Below are positions 38,612 to 48,203 of a stretch of DNA of 64,000 bases, piece by piece. The first letter of the stretch is position 1. Every line of letters starts with the position of its first letter. The notes beneath the pieces are model-generated. The model did no database searches. It saw nothing but the letters and a program-made list of their open reading frames with translations, and had not been told where the DNA came from. A program made the position numbers and the translations under genes. The stretch comes from Nitrospiria bacterium (lineage in GTDB: Bacteria; Nitrospirota; Nitrospiria; DASWJH01), in assembly GCA_036397255.1 (NCBI GenBank), contig DASWJH010000048.1, positions 4,172-68,171 on the forward strand, in the 5' to 3' direction.

Positions 38612-39346
38612 TTAACCATCACCTTTTTTTGCCACAGCCCCAATTTTTTTGGTCCAAATTCGATTGGCTTTTCCATACAGCATAAAACTAAAGGTAAAAA
38701 ACAAATCATACATTTTACTTAAAACTAAGAGGACATAATTCAGTGGATTCGAATAAAAAACATAAAGATTAAGAGGTATCACCCGAATATCTTTAAAATC
38801 GGCATAGGATATTACCTGCCTCATCGTATATTCGGTGAAAGTATTATAGTGATCGAAATTTTGAGCAAGTGCTTCAGCACCCGTAACAGGGTTGGCACCA
38901 TTTAAGGAATGAACGATTAGGGTCCCATTTTCGCGGAGGGCATTCCGGCAGAGGGGAAGGAAATTCAATATTTCCTCCTTGGTGAGATGATTTAGTTCCT
39001 GTTCACAAAATATTACGTCAAAACTACCTTTATTTTTCTGAAGGAATTCAAAGGCACGTTCCACTCGGCAATTTAAACCCTTTTGAACAGCATGTTTAAT
39101 TTTTTCCGGTGCAGAATCGATTCCCATCACATTTTCATATCCATGAATAGTCAACATATTCACGAAATAACCCGGACCACAGCTAATGACGAGAATATTG
39201 GCCTTTCGATCATGGGGGAAAATTTTTAGATAATTATTCTTATAAAATTTATAAAACGAGGAATACCCTTTTTCGATATTTTCCGGTCCTTCCCAAAAAG
39301 AATCAAATGGCTCTATTTTTGCAGAAAGTGATTGTGATGATAACAT
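38612..39346 (-). CDS. class I SAM-dependent methyltransferase
   Basis: ILVISCGPGYFVNML is motif I, and FDVIFCEQELNHL is the motif II region. Confidence 0.6.
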   Translation of the reverse strand: MLSSQSLSAKIEPFDSFWEGPENIEKGYSSFYKFYKNNYLKIFPHDRKANILVISCGPGYFVNMLTIHGYENVMGIDSAPEKIKHAVQKGLNCRVERAFEFLQKNKGSFDVIFCEQELNHLTKEEILNFLPLCRNALRENGTLIVHSLNGANPVTGAEALAQNFDHYNTFTEYTMRQVISYADFKDIRVIPLNLYVFYSNPLNYVLLVLSKMYDLFFTFSFMLYGKANRIWTKKIGAVAKKGDG

Positions 39347-39383
39347 TTAGTTTTTTCTCCTGTTTGAGTATTTCAAATAACTC

Positions 39384-40373
39384 TTAAAGATCCCCCCGTT
39401 CGCGATACCAATTCGAGGTTTGCCGGGCACCATTCTCGAACGTTACCGTCGGGGAATACCCTAACTCAGAACGCATAAGGTCTTGCTTAAAGAAAAAACT
39501 TTTCCGGAAAAAATCCATTCTTCGGCGATGGAGTGGTGGTTGAATTCCCAAAGGTTTAAGGACCGTTTCCATTACTGCAGCAACCATTAAAAAAGGCATT
39601 AAAGGAACCCGCCATTTAGGTAACGAACACTCTAAAACCTGCGCAATCGTATTGACCATCTGCTGGGTTGTGACCGCCTCATTCCCAGAGAGGACATAGG
39701 TTTTCCCCAATACCTTTTCGGATCTGGCGGCAACCAGAAATGCCCCTATTAAGTCATCAATGTAAATTGGATGGTGAAGATTCTCGCCATTTCCAATCAC
39801 AAAAAAAACCCGTTTTTTAATTGCACGAAAAAGCTTTAACAGTCTCCGATCTCCCGGGCCATAGGTTTCAGAAATTCGTAATATCACGACCGGTAATTTT
39901 TCCTTAAAACGCAAAACAACCTTTTCTGCTTCGGCCTTCGTTATTCCATAAATATTGTCTGGACTTAGTTTCGACCCCTCATGAATGGCACCCTCCAATG
40001 CCGATCCATAAACACCGATTGTGCTCCCGTGGATAAATCGTTTGACCCCAGAGGAAACAGAAGCCTCTAACATGTTCTGGGTTCCCGAGACATTAATATC
40101 CCAAAAACGTTGATTTTGAATATTCGCTTCATGTTGAGCTGCAGCAAGGTGAAAAACCAAATCGGTGCCTTTTAGATGCTTCTCAAGATTACCTCTATCG
40201 GTAACAGAGACATCCACCACCCTAACGCCTTTGGATTGAAGCCAACGGGCGTTTTCTAACTCGGTTGGATTATTGGTCTGGCCCAACACCACAACCGAAT
40301 TCCCCTTTTCATGACAATGGAAGGCAAGCCTCGACCCGATAAAACCGGTTCCTCCCGTAATTAAAAGCTGCAT
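39384..40373 (-). CDS. NAD-dependent epimerase/dehydratase (extended SDR)
   Basis: MQLLITGGTGFIGSRL is the Rossmann GxxGxxG, and the protein has a YxxxK region. The ORF track extends to 40487, but the internal Met (MQLLITGG) at 40371-40373 is the likely start, because it removes the overlap with the upstream gene. Confidence 0.7.
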   Translation of the reverse strand: MQLLITGGTGFIGSRLAFHCHEKGNSVVVLGQTNNPTELENARWLQSKGVRVVDVSVTDRGNLEKHLKGTDLVFHLAAAQHEANIQNQRFWDINVSGTQNMLEASVSSGVKRFIHGSTIGVYGSALEGAIHEGSKLSPDNIYGITKAEAEKVVLRFKEKLPVVILRISETYGPGDRRLLKLFRAIKKRVFFVIGNGENLHHPIYIDDLIGAFLVAARSEKVLGKTYVLSGNEAVTTQQMVNTIAQVLECSLPKWRVPLMPFLMVAAVMETVLKPLGIQPPLHRRRMDFFRKSFFFKQDLMRSELGYSPTVTFENGARQTSNWYRERGDL

Positions 40374-40395
40374 TAGGTCACTCGCCCTCCTTGAC

Positions 40396-42099
40396 TCAAA
40401 TGTTCTTTTGATCTTTTGATCTTTTGATGACAGGTTTCCGAAAGTATGCGTTGACCCCTTCAATCTCCTGATGGCGCCGAGTTTCATCCCATCCCAAGGC
40501 CGACGCCATAACCTTCGAGCATTCGGTCAAAACTTCTTCGCCGGGATGTGTTGCGGTTCCCAAACCCGTTCGACGGAAAATAACATCTTCTAATTTCATG
40601 GCCATCTCTTCTTGGATACAATAAACAACCTCTGCTTTGATCACATCAGACTGACCCAGGGTAACGGCTAAATCTTTTAATTCTTCCACATAATGGAGAA
40701 CATCTTTGTAACGGGTTCCATGGCGATGAAGTAAGGCGATTAATATATTTTCTGGTAAATCCAACGAGAGTTCTTGTTTTGCCCTTGATAAGAGATTTTC
40801 AAAACTCTCAAAATCACCTCCATCAATAGGAGTTTCCGAAGTATAAGATCTTCCGACCTTCTTATTGAGTTTTTTTGAGGCTAAATCAATGGCCCGCTCT
40901 GCAACCCCTCTTGCCGTTGTATAACGAACGCCGACAAGGGTAATCAAACCGTCCAAACCGTTTTGTTTTTTATGGTCAACAAGCATCGAGCGCTTTCCAT
41001 AACTTAAATTGATAGACTGCGGCGTGTTTGCCCCGAATAAAACAAGGCCCGTGTAAAATTGGCTAATATCCTCTTCCGTTAGCTCTGCAGTGGGATAGGC
41101 CTCGTTTATTTCATCCAGAAAACACCGCAATTCCTCATAACCAATCGTTAATTGGTCAGGATGGCCTTCATAGACCACATGCCATACTCCAACCAGGGTT
41201 ACATTGCGCCAAGGTACTAGGAAAAGATGCCGGGCTCCCCGGCTCAGGAGGGCGTCAGGGTCTTGGGTTCGGCACGAAACCGCCAAACCACAGTCATTGA
41301 TCAACCTTCGATTGACGACAAAACTGGTATCTCTTGAAAACGATGGGCTTGGGTTTAATTCTAATTTAACGGAATGAAAAAGAAATCGATTTGCCCAAGG
41401 ACCCGCGGCATTAATAACCAGCCGGCCCCGAACATCAAATGTTTCACCACCAAGACGATCCTGTACTTTGACTCCGTAAAATCGACGGTCTTTCTGTAAA
41501 AAGTCAATCGCCTCGACATAATTTGCGGCCCGGACACCCGCTTCACAAGCGGATTTCAGGAACGACAGCGCTAGTCGAGCGGGGTCTCGCATTTGGCCAT
41601 CATAAAATATGGCCGCCCCGGTCAGCCCTTTTTGTTTAACCCCCGGAAACCTTTCAATGCATTCTTCCCGGGAAATAAAATAAGCAGCTGGAATATGTTG
41701 TTTGGGATCTGATATTCCTCTATTTCTATCAGCGGTTATCCCTTCATAAAGCCAAAAAGCAGCCTGAAGAAGGGCTTTCCCCTTCAACCCTTTCCCATAG
41801 GTCGGAATGGCGATCGGAAGCGGATGAACCAAATGCGGTGCAATTCTCAGGAGGGCTCTTCTTTCATTGCTCGATTCACGAATGCGATATAAATCGCCAT
41901 GTTGAAGATACCGAATCCCACCATGAACCATCTTAAAACAATTTGCAGAGGTCGCATGTGCAAAATCACCCCGCTCTACCAAAGCAACCGAGAATCCCCG
42001 AAGAACGGCATCCCAGGCAGCACATATTCCAAAAATTCCTCCCCCGATGATAACGAGGTCAAACTCCTTTTCTGTAAGACTCTTTACATTTCTGATCAT
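40396..42099 (-). CDS. FAD-dependent oxidoreductase of the glycerol-3-phosphate dehydrogenase (GlpA/GlpD) family
   Basis: FDLVIIGGGIFGICAAWDA is the FAD-binding GxGxxG. ATSANCFKMVHGGIRYLQHGD matches the GlpD signature (the S-x-KLIHGGLRYL type). Confidence 0.65.
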   Translation of the reverse strand: MIRNVKSLTEKEFDLVIIGGGIFGICAAWDAVLRGFSVALVERGDFAHATSANCFKMVHGGIRYLQHGDLYRIRESSNERRALLRIAPHLVHPLPIAIPTYGKGLKGKALLQAAFWLYEGITADRNRGISDPKQHIPAAYFISREECIERFPGVKQKGLTGAAIFYDGQMRDPARLALSFLKSACEAGVRAANYVEAIDFLQKDRRFYGVKVQDRLGGETFDVRGRLVINAAGPWANRFLFHSVKLELNPSPSFSRDTSFVVNRRLINDCGLAVSCRTQDPDALLSRGARHLFLVPWRNVTLVGVWHVVYEGHPDQLTIGYEELRCFLDEINEAYPTAELTEEDISQFYTGLVLFGANTPQSINLSYGKRSMLVDHKKQNGLDGLITLVGVRYTTARGVAERAIDLASKKLNKKVGRSYTSETPIDGGDFESFENLLSRAKQELSLDLPENILIALLHRHGTRYKDVLHYVEELKDLAVTLGQSDVIKAEVVYCIQEEMAMKLEDVIFRRTGLGTATHPGEEVLTECSKVMASALGWDETRRHQEIEGVNAYFRKPVIKRSKDQKNI

Positions 42100-42117
42100 T
42101 ATCTTTTGTACATTAAA

Positions 42118-43011
42118 TTAATCATTTTTTTTGATATTTGCCTTTTCTTGATATTCTTTTAATAGGTCTCTCATTGGCCCGAATTTAAATTCCTTCAATA
42201 ATTTTTTTAACCGGGGCTCCGTTTTCTCTAAAAAAATATAATGTCGAAACCGTGACAACATACTCCCCTCTAATCTTGGCTGGTTTGTATCAATTTCCCA
42301 CGGATGTAAATAAACAATGATGGGTTGATTTTCTTTTTCAACAATACTATTTAACCCCCAACGAAGGAACCAATAAGGAAATAATCTCAAATAACCTCCC
42401 CCAGCAATGGGAATATTGTTATTTAGAATTTTAATGGTCGACAGAGGGATCTCTAAAATATCGGACCCATTCTTTCCATTAATTCTATATGGAAACCTTT
42501 TCGCATTGGGAATTCCATAACGGTCCCTTCGTATGGGAAAAATACTCGAATCGTATAAAAAACCCTCCTCCATCATGATATCCAATGCCCACAAGGAATT
42601 TTCAGTAATCGAGTAACTGGGTGCGCGATACCCAATGACAGGTTCTCCAATTATTTCTTCAAGAATTCCCTTAGACTTATTCAAGTCATCCCTAAATTCC
42701 TGTGGGTTTTGCTTGTATACCAACCGATGGGCATAACTATGGGAAGCAATTTCATGACCTTCTTTATGAATCCGTTTTACCAGCTCAGGAAATTTCTCAG
42801 CGATCCACCCCAAAATAAAGAAAGTTGCCTTCACATTATATTCATTCAAGATAGATAAAAGTTTATCGGTGTTGGCTTCAGCACGGCATTCAAAGTTACC
42901 CCAATCCTCAAATCTTATTTGAGATTCAAAGCCCGAAACATTAAAATAATCTTCTACATCAATGGTTAAAGCATTGATCATTGACTTTTTTAACCTCGTA
43001 GCTAGCGGCAA
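42118..43011 (-). CDS. polysaccharide deacetylase family protein (the exosortase-locus-associated subfamily)
   Basis: LTIDVEDYFNV...HSYAH. The IDVEDYF start is characteristic of the deacetylase subfamily found in PEP-CTERM loci. Confidence 0.6.
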   Translation of the reverse strand: MPLATRLKKSMINALTIDVEDYFNVSGFESQIRFEDWGNFECRAEANTDKLLSILNEYNVKATFFILGWIAEKFPELVKRIHKEGHEIASHSYAHRLVYKQNPQEFRDDLNKSKGILEEIIGEPVIGYRAPSYSITENSLWALDIMMEEGFLYDSSIFPIRRDRYGIPNAKRFPYRINGKNGSDILEIPLSTIKILNNNIPIAGGGYLRLFPYWFLRWGLNSIVEKENQPIIVYLHPWEIDTNQPRLEGSMLSRFRHYIFLEKTEPRLKKLLKEFKFGPMRDLLKEYQEKANIKKND

Positions 43012-44180
43012 TCCCTTGCCCTTCCCATCTCATCCAGTTTAACTCGATCAATAATATTTAAAATCCTTTCAGATGCCCTACCATCTCCATATGGAGAAAC
43101 CGATTTTGCCATTTTTTCATAGGCTGACGGATCATCTAACAAATTTTTGGTCTCTTTGTAAATTATTTCGGGGGAGGTTCCTACCAATTTTGCAGTACCT
43201 GCGTCAATTCCCTCTGGCCGCTCAGTCGTTTCACGGAGAACCAACACCGGCTTACCCAAGCTGGGAGCCTCCTCTTGGACACCACCCGAATCAGTTATAA
43301 TTAAATAAGATTTCTCCATTAATTTAATAAAGGTTTGATAGTCCAGGGGATCCAGGAGGTGAATATTATTTGCAGGGGATTTATTTAAGACCTGTTGCAC
43401 TGTTTTCCGAACTTTTGGATTAAAATGAACAGGGAAAACCACCTCCACTTCTTGAGCATATTCATTCGCAAGACTGCATACTGCAGACATTATTTTTTCC
43501 ATAGGTACACCGAAGCTTTCTCTTCGATGCATCGTTAAAAGAATGACTTTTTTAGAATCAAAATTAATTTTTTGCAGGATTTTTTCTTTAAAGGTATATT
43601 CTTTTTTAATACCCAATAAAAGGGCATCAATTACTGTATTTCCTGTTACGAAAATTTTTTCTTTATCTATTCCTTCTTTTTGTAATTGGTTGCTGGAATA
43701 AACCGTGGGGGCAAAATGAAGATCGGTTAATACTGACACCAATTGACGGTTAATTTCCTCCGGAAAGGGATTATATTTGTTATAGGTTCGCAGTCCTGCC
43801 TCTACGTGCCCAACAGGTATTTGTTTATAATAGGCCGCCAATGCGGCAACAAAAGCTGTGGTGGTGTCCCCTTGAACCAGCACCAATTCTGGAGATACCT
43901 CATTTAGGACATGTTCCATGCCTGTTAATGCTCTCGTTGTGATATCAAAAAGAGTCTGTCCTGAAGTCATTATTTCCAGGTTTTTATCAGGCCTAATCTC
44001 AAATAAATTCAGAACCTGGGAAAGCATTTCATCATGCTGACCGGTAGCCAGGATAAAAGAATCATACCGCTTAGGGTCACTCTTCATCCCCAGTATAACG
44101 GGGGCCAACTTTATGGCCTCTGGGCGGGTTCCAAAAATGATCATTACTTTTTTACGGTTCATATGAGACCAATCAACCAA
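43002..44180 (-). CDS. wecB: UDP-N-acetylglucosamine 2-epimerase (non-hydrolysing)
   Basis: MIIFGTRPEAIKLAPV...TDSGGVQEEAPSLGKPVLVLRETTERPEG is the canonical WecB/MnaA pattern. Confidence 0.85.
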   Translation of the reverse strand: MVDWSHMNRKKVMIIFGTRPEAIKLAPVILGMKSDPKRYDSFILATGQHDEMLSQVLNLFEIRPDKNLEIMTSGQTLFDITTRALTGMEHVLNEVSPELVLVQGDTTTAFVAALAAYYKQIPVGHVEAGLRTYNKYNPFPEEINRQLVSVLTDLHFAPTVYSSNQLQKEGIDKEKIFVTGNTVIDALLLGIKKEYTFKEKILQKINFDSKKVILLTMHRRESFGVPMEKIMSAVCSLANEYAQEVEVVFPVHFNPKVRKTVQQVLNKSPANNIHLLDPLDYQTFIKLMEKSYLIITDSGGVQEEAPSLGKPVLVLRETTERPEGIDAGTAKLVGTSPEIIYKETKNLLDDPSAYEKMAKSVSPYGDGRASERILNIIDRVKLDEMGRARDCR

Positions 44181-44213
44181 CTGAGGTGGGGTTCACAACT
44201 GGATGAAGAAGCT

Positions 44214-45569
44214 TTAAATTAGGGAAGGGGTATCAAAATCCTGATTCGACTCAATCCCCAATGCCTTCACAACGGTAGGAGCGATATTCACAATATTGAC
44301 CCGGTTAGAAAAAGCATTTTTTACACTGATATAAAAAGTGGAATCATTCTGGGTGTGCATTCCGGTCAAAAGGCTATTTCCTGTAAGCGATTGTTTACTA
44401 ATGGTACCCTTCAGGTCATATCCCCAATTTGGAAGGAGAAGAATATCGGGGGCGTCGTTTATAAAGGAACCATTAAAAAGCTCCTCCTTAAAGTAAACTG
44501 TTTTAACCACGGGAAAACCATCGACCTTTAATTCCATTAATCGGGATTTTAACTCCTCTCGAAGGGAGTCATATTCCTTACCCGGTGAAATGCAGCCGGA
44601 GGGATATTTGCCCCTTAGATGAATATAAATTCTTGCAGGATCCATGTTGAATGCTTTTGTACCTTTATCAATATCCAAATAGGATTGAGGGTTTTCTCTA
44701 GAAAATCTCAGGTAGTCGTTCGAAACCAACCAATGATTAAGGTAAACCTCCTTCTGAATTTTACAGAAGCCGTGATCAGACATGATCATAAAGACACCTT
44801 TTCCTTGGAACCACTCATAGACTTTTCCTATGAATCGATCAACCTTAGAATAAAAAGACTTAAAAAAACCGTGAAACTTATGTTGAGGATCTTCAATGGC
44901 CACCCAAAGGTAGTGATGCATCCGATCTGTTTCAGTAATAACCCCAATAAAAAGATCCCATTGCTCGTTGATGAGAAGGTCCCATAGGATTTTTTCCCGG
45001 GCAGCAAAAACCTTATCAAGATCCTCCACAAAAACCTCTAATGATTCCCGTGCTTTTGTTGCATCCACGTCAAGTTGATAATTCACTTTTTCAAGCTTTG
45101 GCAGTAAGGAAGAGGGATATGTTGCTTTTGCTAAGTCTATGGCGACAAAACCAGATATAAGGGCCCCATTCAGAGGTTTCGCGGGATAGGTAGAAGGGAC
45201 ATTAACAACAATAGAGCGTTTACCATGCTCTCCTATTATTTCCCAAATGGGTTTTGATTTTATGTTGTGGGAATTTGGGAAATACATATCATAACTATTT
45301 GCCTTTAAATCCATAAAGCCAAAAATTCCATGCTTTGCCGGGTTCACTCCCGTGAAAAAAGTGGTCCAAGCCACAGAGGAGACCTCTGGGATACTCGTAT
45401 CCATTTGAGAAAGTGTCCCCTCCTTCACAATTTGAGCCAAATGAGGCATTGTCCCATCCTGTATGAATTTTTGCATCAAAGTATATGGGGCTCCATCCAA
45501 TCCAAGGATAACAACTTTTTTCATCTTAGAAGTGGTAAGGCTTGATTTTAAATTTTGTAATAATGCCAT
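44214..45569 (-). CDS. alkaline-phosphatase-superfamily nucleotide pyrophosphatase/phosphodiesterase (NPP) family protein
   Basis: ILGLDGAPYTLM...TSIPEVSSVAWTTFFTGVNPAKHGIFGF resembles the NPP metal-site/Thr-nucleophile block. Confidence 0.5.
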   Translation of the reverse strand: MALLQNLKSSLTTSKMKKVVILGLDGAPYTLMQKFIQDGTMPHLAQIVKEGTLSQMDTSIPEVSSVAWTTFFTGVNPAKHGIFGFMDLKANSYDMYFPNSHNIKSKPIWEIIGEHGKRSIVVNVPSTYPAKPLNGALISGFVAIDLAKATYPSSLLPKLEKVNYQLDVDATKARESLEVFVEDLDKVFAAREKILWDLLINEQWDLFIGVITETDRMHHYLWVAIEDPQHKFHGFFKSFYSKVDRFIGKVYEWFQGKGVFMIMSDHGFCKIQKEVYLNHWLVSNDYLRFSRENPQSYLDIDKGTKAFNMDPARIYIHLRGKYPSGCISPGKEYDSLREELKSRLMELKVDGFPVVKTVYFKEELFNGSFINDAPDILLLPNWGYDLKGTISKQSLTGNSLLTGMHTQNDSTFYISVKNAFSNRVNIVNIAPTVVKALGIESNQDFDTPSLI

Positions 45570-45590
45570 TAGAACATTCCCTTCCTGTGG

Positions 45591-46754
45591 TTAATTTACT
45601 ACGGCAACCCCAATAATCTTTCCCTTGCTTTTTAAGGCCATTCGCCCTAAAGAGGTTTTGCCTCTTTCCACAATCAAGGGATCTTTAAATTTGAGCTTTA
45701 CTATGCAAACCTCACCAATTTCAGCCTGAGCCAAAGTCTCAAACTCACATTCGGTCCTTGAGGGGCCGCATTCCAAAACAAGGTTATTTGGAACTTCTTC
45801 AAGCAAGATCGCATGGGCAGTTGCCTCGCGCGTGACCTGTGCAACACTCTCAGGAAGGCAACAAACCTCCCCCCGGTGAACGGAGGGTAGATTCCGGTCT
45901 AACACTAAACCAATATTTTCCCCGGGCATGGCAGTTTTTTGATTTTTATCCACTCCCATGATGGAACGAATGGTCGCCTTTCCATTGGAAGGGACAAAAA
46001 CAACCTCTTGCCCCACATGAATCTCCCCACTTTCTACCTTCCCTGCAAGGATCCGTTCGCCTGCCTTATTCTCGTACACATCTTGAACCGGTAACCGCAA
46101 GGGGAGATTCAAGAATGAATTCTGAACCTCTAATCCTTCCATATGCTCAAAAAGGGTCCTCCCCGTGTACCAAGGCATCTGTGACGAACGGGCCACCACA
46201 TTATCTCCCTTATAAGCGGAAATGGGAATAAAATCCACTTTTGGGCCAAGGATTGGTGTCTTCTCCAATGCCTTGATCTTTGAAACCATCTCCTCAAAAA
46301 CCTCTTGCTGATACTCCACATGGTCCATTTTATTAACCACGACGATTAGGGAAGCAAGCCCAAGCCAATTTGCTAATCGTAAATGGTGGCCGGTCTGTTC
46401 CTCTAAACCCTCCTTAGCTGAAACAATCAAAATTCCCGCATCAGCATGAGAGGCACCACTGAGCATGTTCTTGAGGAGTTCTCTGTGCCCAGGAACGTCG
46501 ATACAGTCATAAATATTTTTTTTACCTTTGACCTGAGCGTGAATTACATCAATCGTCATCCCATCTCTTCGCTCTTCCTCAAAGCTATCCAATAAAAAAG
46601 CGTACTCAAATGGTTTCCCAACTGTCTTGCAATACTCCCTCACCTCTTCAGTGCGGTCTTCCATTACGCTTTTAGTGTCATATAGAAGACGGCCAATCAA
46701 GGTGGACTTGCCATGGTCCTTATGGCCCAACAGTGTAATGGTAAATCGTTTCAT
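45591..46754 (-). CDS. cysN: sulfate adenylyltransferase subunit 1-like GTPase (CysN/NodQ-type, EF-Tu fold, no fused APS kinase)
   Basis: G1 is GHKDHGKST, G3 is DVPGH, and G4 is NKMD. It is translationally abutted to the upstream CysD-like gene (stop and start adjacent). Confidence 0.7.
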   Translation of the reverse strand: MKRFTITLLGHKDHGKSTLIGRLLYDTKSVMEDRTEEVREYCKTVGKPFEYAFLLDSFEEERRDGMTIDVIHAQVKGKKNIYDCIDVPGHRELLKNMLSGASHADAGILIVSAKEGLEEQTGHHLRLANWLGLASLIVVVNKMDHVEYQQEVFEEMVSKIKALEKTPILGPKVDFIPISAYKGDNVVARSSQMPWYTGRTLFEHMEGLEVQNSFLNLPLRLPVQDVYENKAGERILAGKVESGEIHVGQEVVFVPSNGKATIRSIMGVDKNQKTAMPGENIGLVLDRNLPSVHRGEVCCLPESVAQVTREATAHAILLEEVPNNLVLECGPSRTECEFETLAQAEIGEVCIVKLKFKDPLIVERGKTSLGRMALKSKGKIIGVAVVN

Positions 46755-47546
46755 TTACATATACCCCAAAGCTCGAAGGCGCTGCATGACATTCTCCTGC
46801 TCCTTGTCCTGCATTCGACCCGCTCTCTCAGAAGTGGTTGTTGTTTTAAGCTCTTCAATAATTTCATCAATAGTGGAGGCATGGGAATCAATCCCCACGG
46901 TGCATTGTGTACAGCCCAGACTACGGTAGCGGTTACCATTTCGGGAAAAGTAGAGAGGATTTACAGGTATCTTCTCCTGTTTAATATAAACCCACATATC
47001 CAATTCGGTCCAATGCAGTAAAGGATGAATCCTGATATGTGAAGCGTCCTCCGTCTGAGAAATAAAATCCCAAATTTCCGGAGCCTGGTTTTTGTAATCC
47101 CACCTAAACTCCTTATCTCTTGGAGAAAAATACCTCTCTTTCCCCCGAATTCCATGTTCATCTCGCCGGATTGAAACGAAAAGACCATCAAAGTTCCGCT
47201 CCCCCATCAAACCCTTAAGCGCATCGGTTTTATTTGAGCCACAGCACCTGACGCCTGACAAGTCATCCTTGATCACACTTTTGGGTACCAGCAGATCTAG
47301 GCCCCATTCCTTTGCTAGCCTCTCCCTGAATTCATAGGTTTCTGGAAAATCGATTCCATTATCAATATGAATCAAAGGAAAAGGAACACGACCGAAAAAC
47401 GCCTTTCTCGCCAAAGCAACCAAAACGGTTGAATCCTTTCCTGTTGACCAAAGGGCTGCTAGATTCTCAAACCGCGCATGGGCTTCTCGAATCGTAAAGA
47501 TACTCTTTGCTTCCAACTCCTTTAATTCATTTACCTCACTCATCAT
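46755..47546 (-). CDS. cysD: sulfate adenylyltransferase subunit 2 (PAPS-reductase-fold ATP pyrophosphatase, CysD)
   Basis: ALWSTGKDSTVLVALA is the PP-loop. Its size and its pairing with the CysN-like GTPase support the call. SD GGAGAC lies upstream of the MM start. Confidence 0.7.
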   Translation of the reverse strand: MMSEVNELKELEAKSIFTIREAHARFENLAALWSTGKDSTVLVALARKAFFGRVPFPLIHIDNGIDFPETYEFRERLAKEWGLDLLVPKSVIKDDLSGVRCCGSNKTDALKGLMGERNFDGLFVSIRRDEHGIRGKERYFSPRDKEFRWDYKNQAPEIWDFISQTEDASHIRIHPLLHWTELDMWVYIKQEKIPVNPLYFSRNGNRYRSLGCTQCTVGIDSHASTIDEIIEELKTTTTSERAGRMQDKEQENVMQRLRALGYM

Positions 47547-47589
47547 GGTCTCCTTTTAACTTAACTTATAATATTTTAAACAGGCTTCC

Positions 47590-47660
47590 GCTATACCGGT
47601 GCAAAACCGGTCCTACTTAAAAACAACTTTCAGGAATAAGGGTTTCAAAATAAAACCCCT
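47590..47660 (-). promoter_or_regulatory. structured intergenic leader between the NusG-like gene and cysD, containing two short hairpins
   Basis: On the minus strand there are gggttt-tattttg-aaaccc and accggt-tttgc-accggt (6-bp stems). The first is followed by a T-rich stretch. This may be a partial terminator/attenuator or an RNA element. Confidence 0.25.
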
Positions 47661-47678
47661 CACGATCCTCTGAAGACT

Positions 47679-48203
47679 TTAACTACCCACCACGTGCCCA
47701 AGATCTACTGTAACACGGGCGTGGAACGAGATCGTACGCAATAAGAGCATTGCCCTTTGGTGGTCAGGTAATTCTTGTTGAAAAACAGCTTCAAACCCTT
47801 GTAAGGGCCCTTGTTGAATACGAACTACTTGCCCTTCCACAAAAGAGGAATTTTTAATAATGACGTACCCGTCTTTACATCGGATCTTGATTGATCCAAT
47901 AATTTCTTCCTCAACTTTCACTGGAAAAGATCCAAAAGCAACAAGGCTTTTCACCCCATGGGCAAAAGCCACCATTCTGTAGTGTTGGCTCAGATTAAAC
48001 CTTGCAAAAAAATAACCCGGAAAAAGAGGACGCGTAACCGTTTTCCTGTTTCTCCGAATAATCCTTTCCTGTTGAAATCGGGGACAAAATGTCTCTATTC
48101 CAAGCCTTTGTAAATTCAATTCTGCAAAATTTTCTCGGTTGGGTTTAGTATGTACTGCATACCAATAAACTTCACTATCACCCATGCTTTTTTGATTCCC
48201 CAC
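47679..48203 (-). CDS. NusG-paralog transcription antiterminator (UpxY/RfaH-like)
   Basis: YWYAVHTKPNRENFAELNLQRLGIETFCPRF is the NGN domain, and EGQVVRIQQGPLQG is the C-terminal KOW. At 174 aa it lacks features of the full housekeeping NusG. Confidence 0.7.
   Translation of the reverse strand: MGNQKSMGDSEVYWYAVHTKPNRENFAELNLQRLGIETFCPRFQQERIIRRNRKTVTRPLFPGYFFARFNLSQHYRMVAFAHGVKSLVAFGSFPVKVEEEIIGSIKIRCKDGYVIIKNSSFVEGQVVRIQQGPLQGFEAVFQQELPDHQRAMLLLRTISFHARVTVDLGHVVGS

Noticed and set aside
40374-40487. Apparent 92-nt overlap between the SDR epimerase ORF and the upstream GlpD-like gene
   Set aside because: The overlap is an artefact of the longest-ORF call. An internal Met directly precedes the Rossmann motif (MQLLITGGTGF) at 40371-40373 and leaves a normal 22-nt spacer. 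The CDS was trimmed accordingly.
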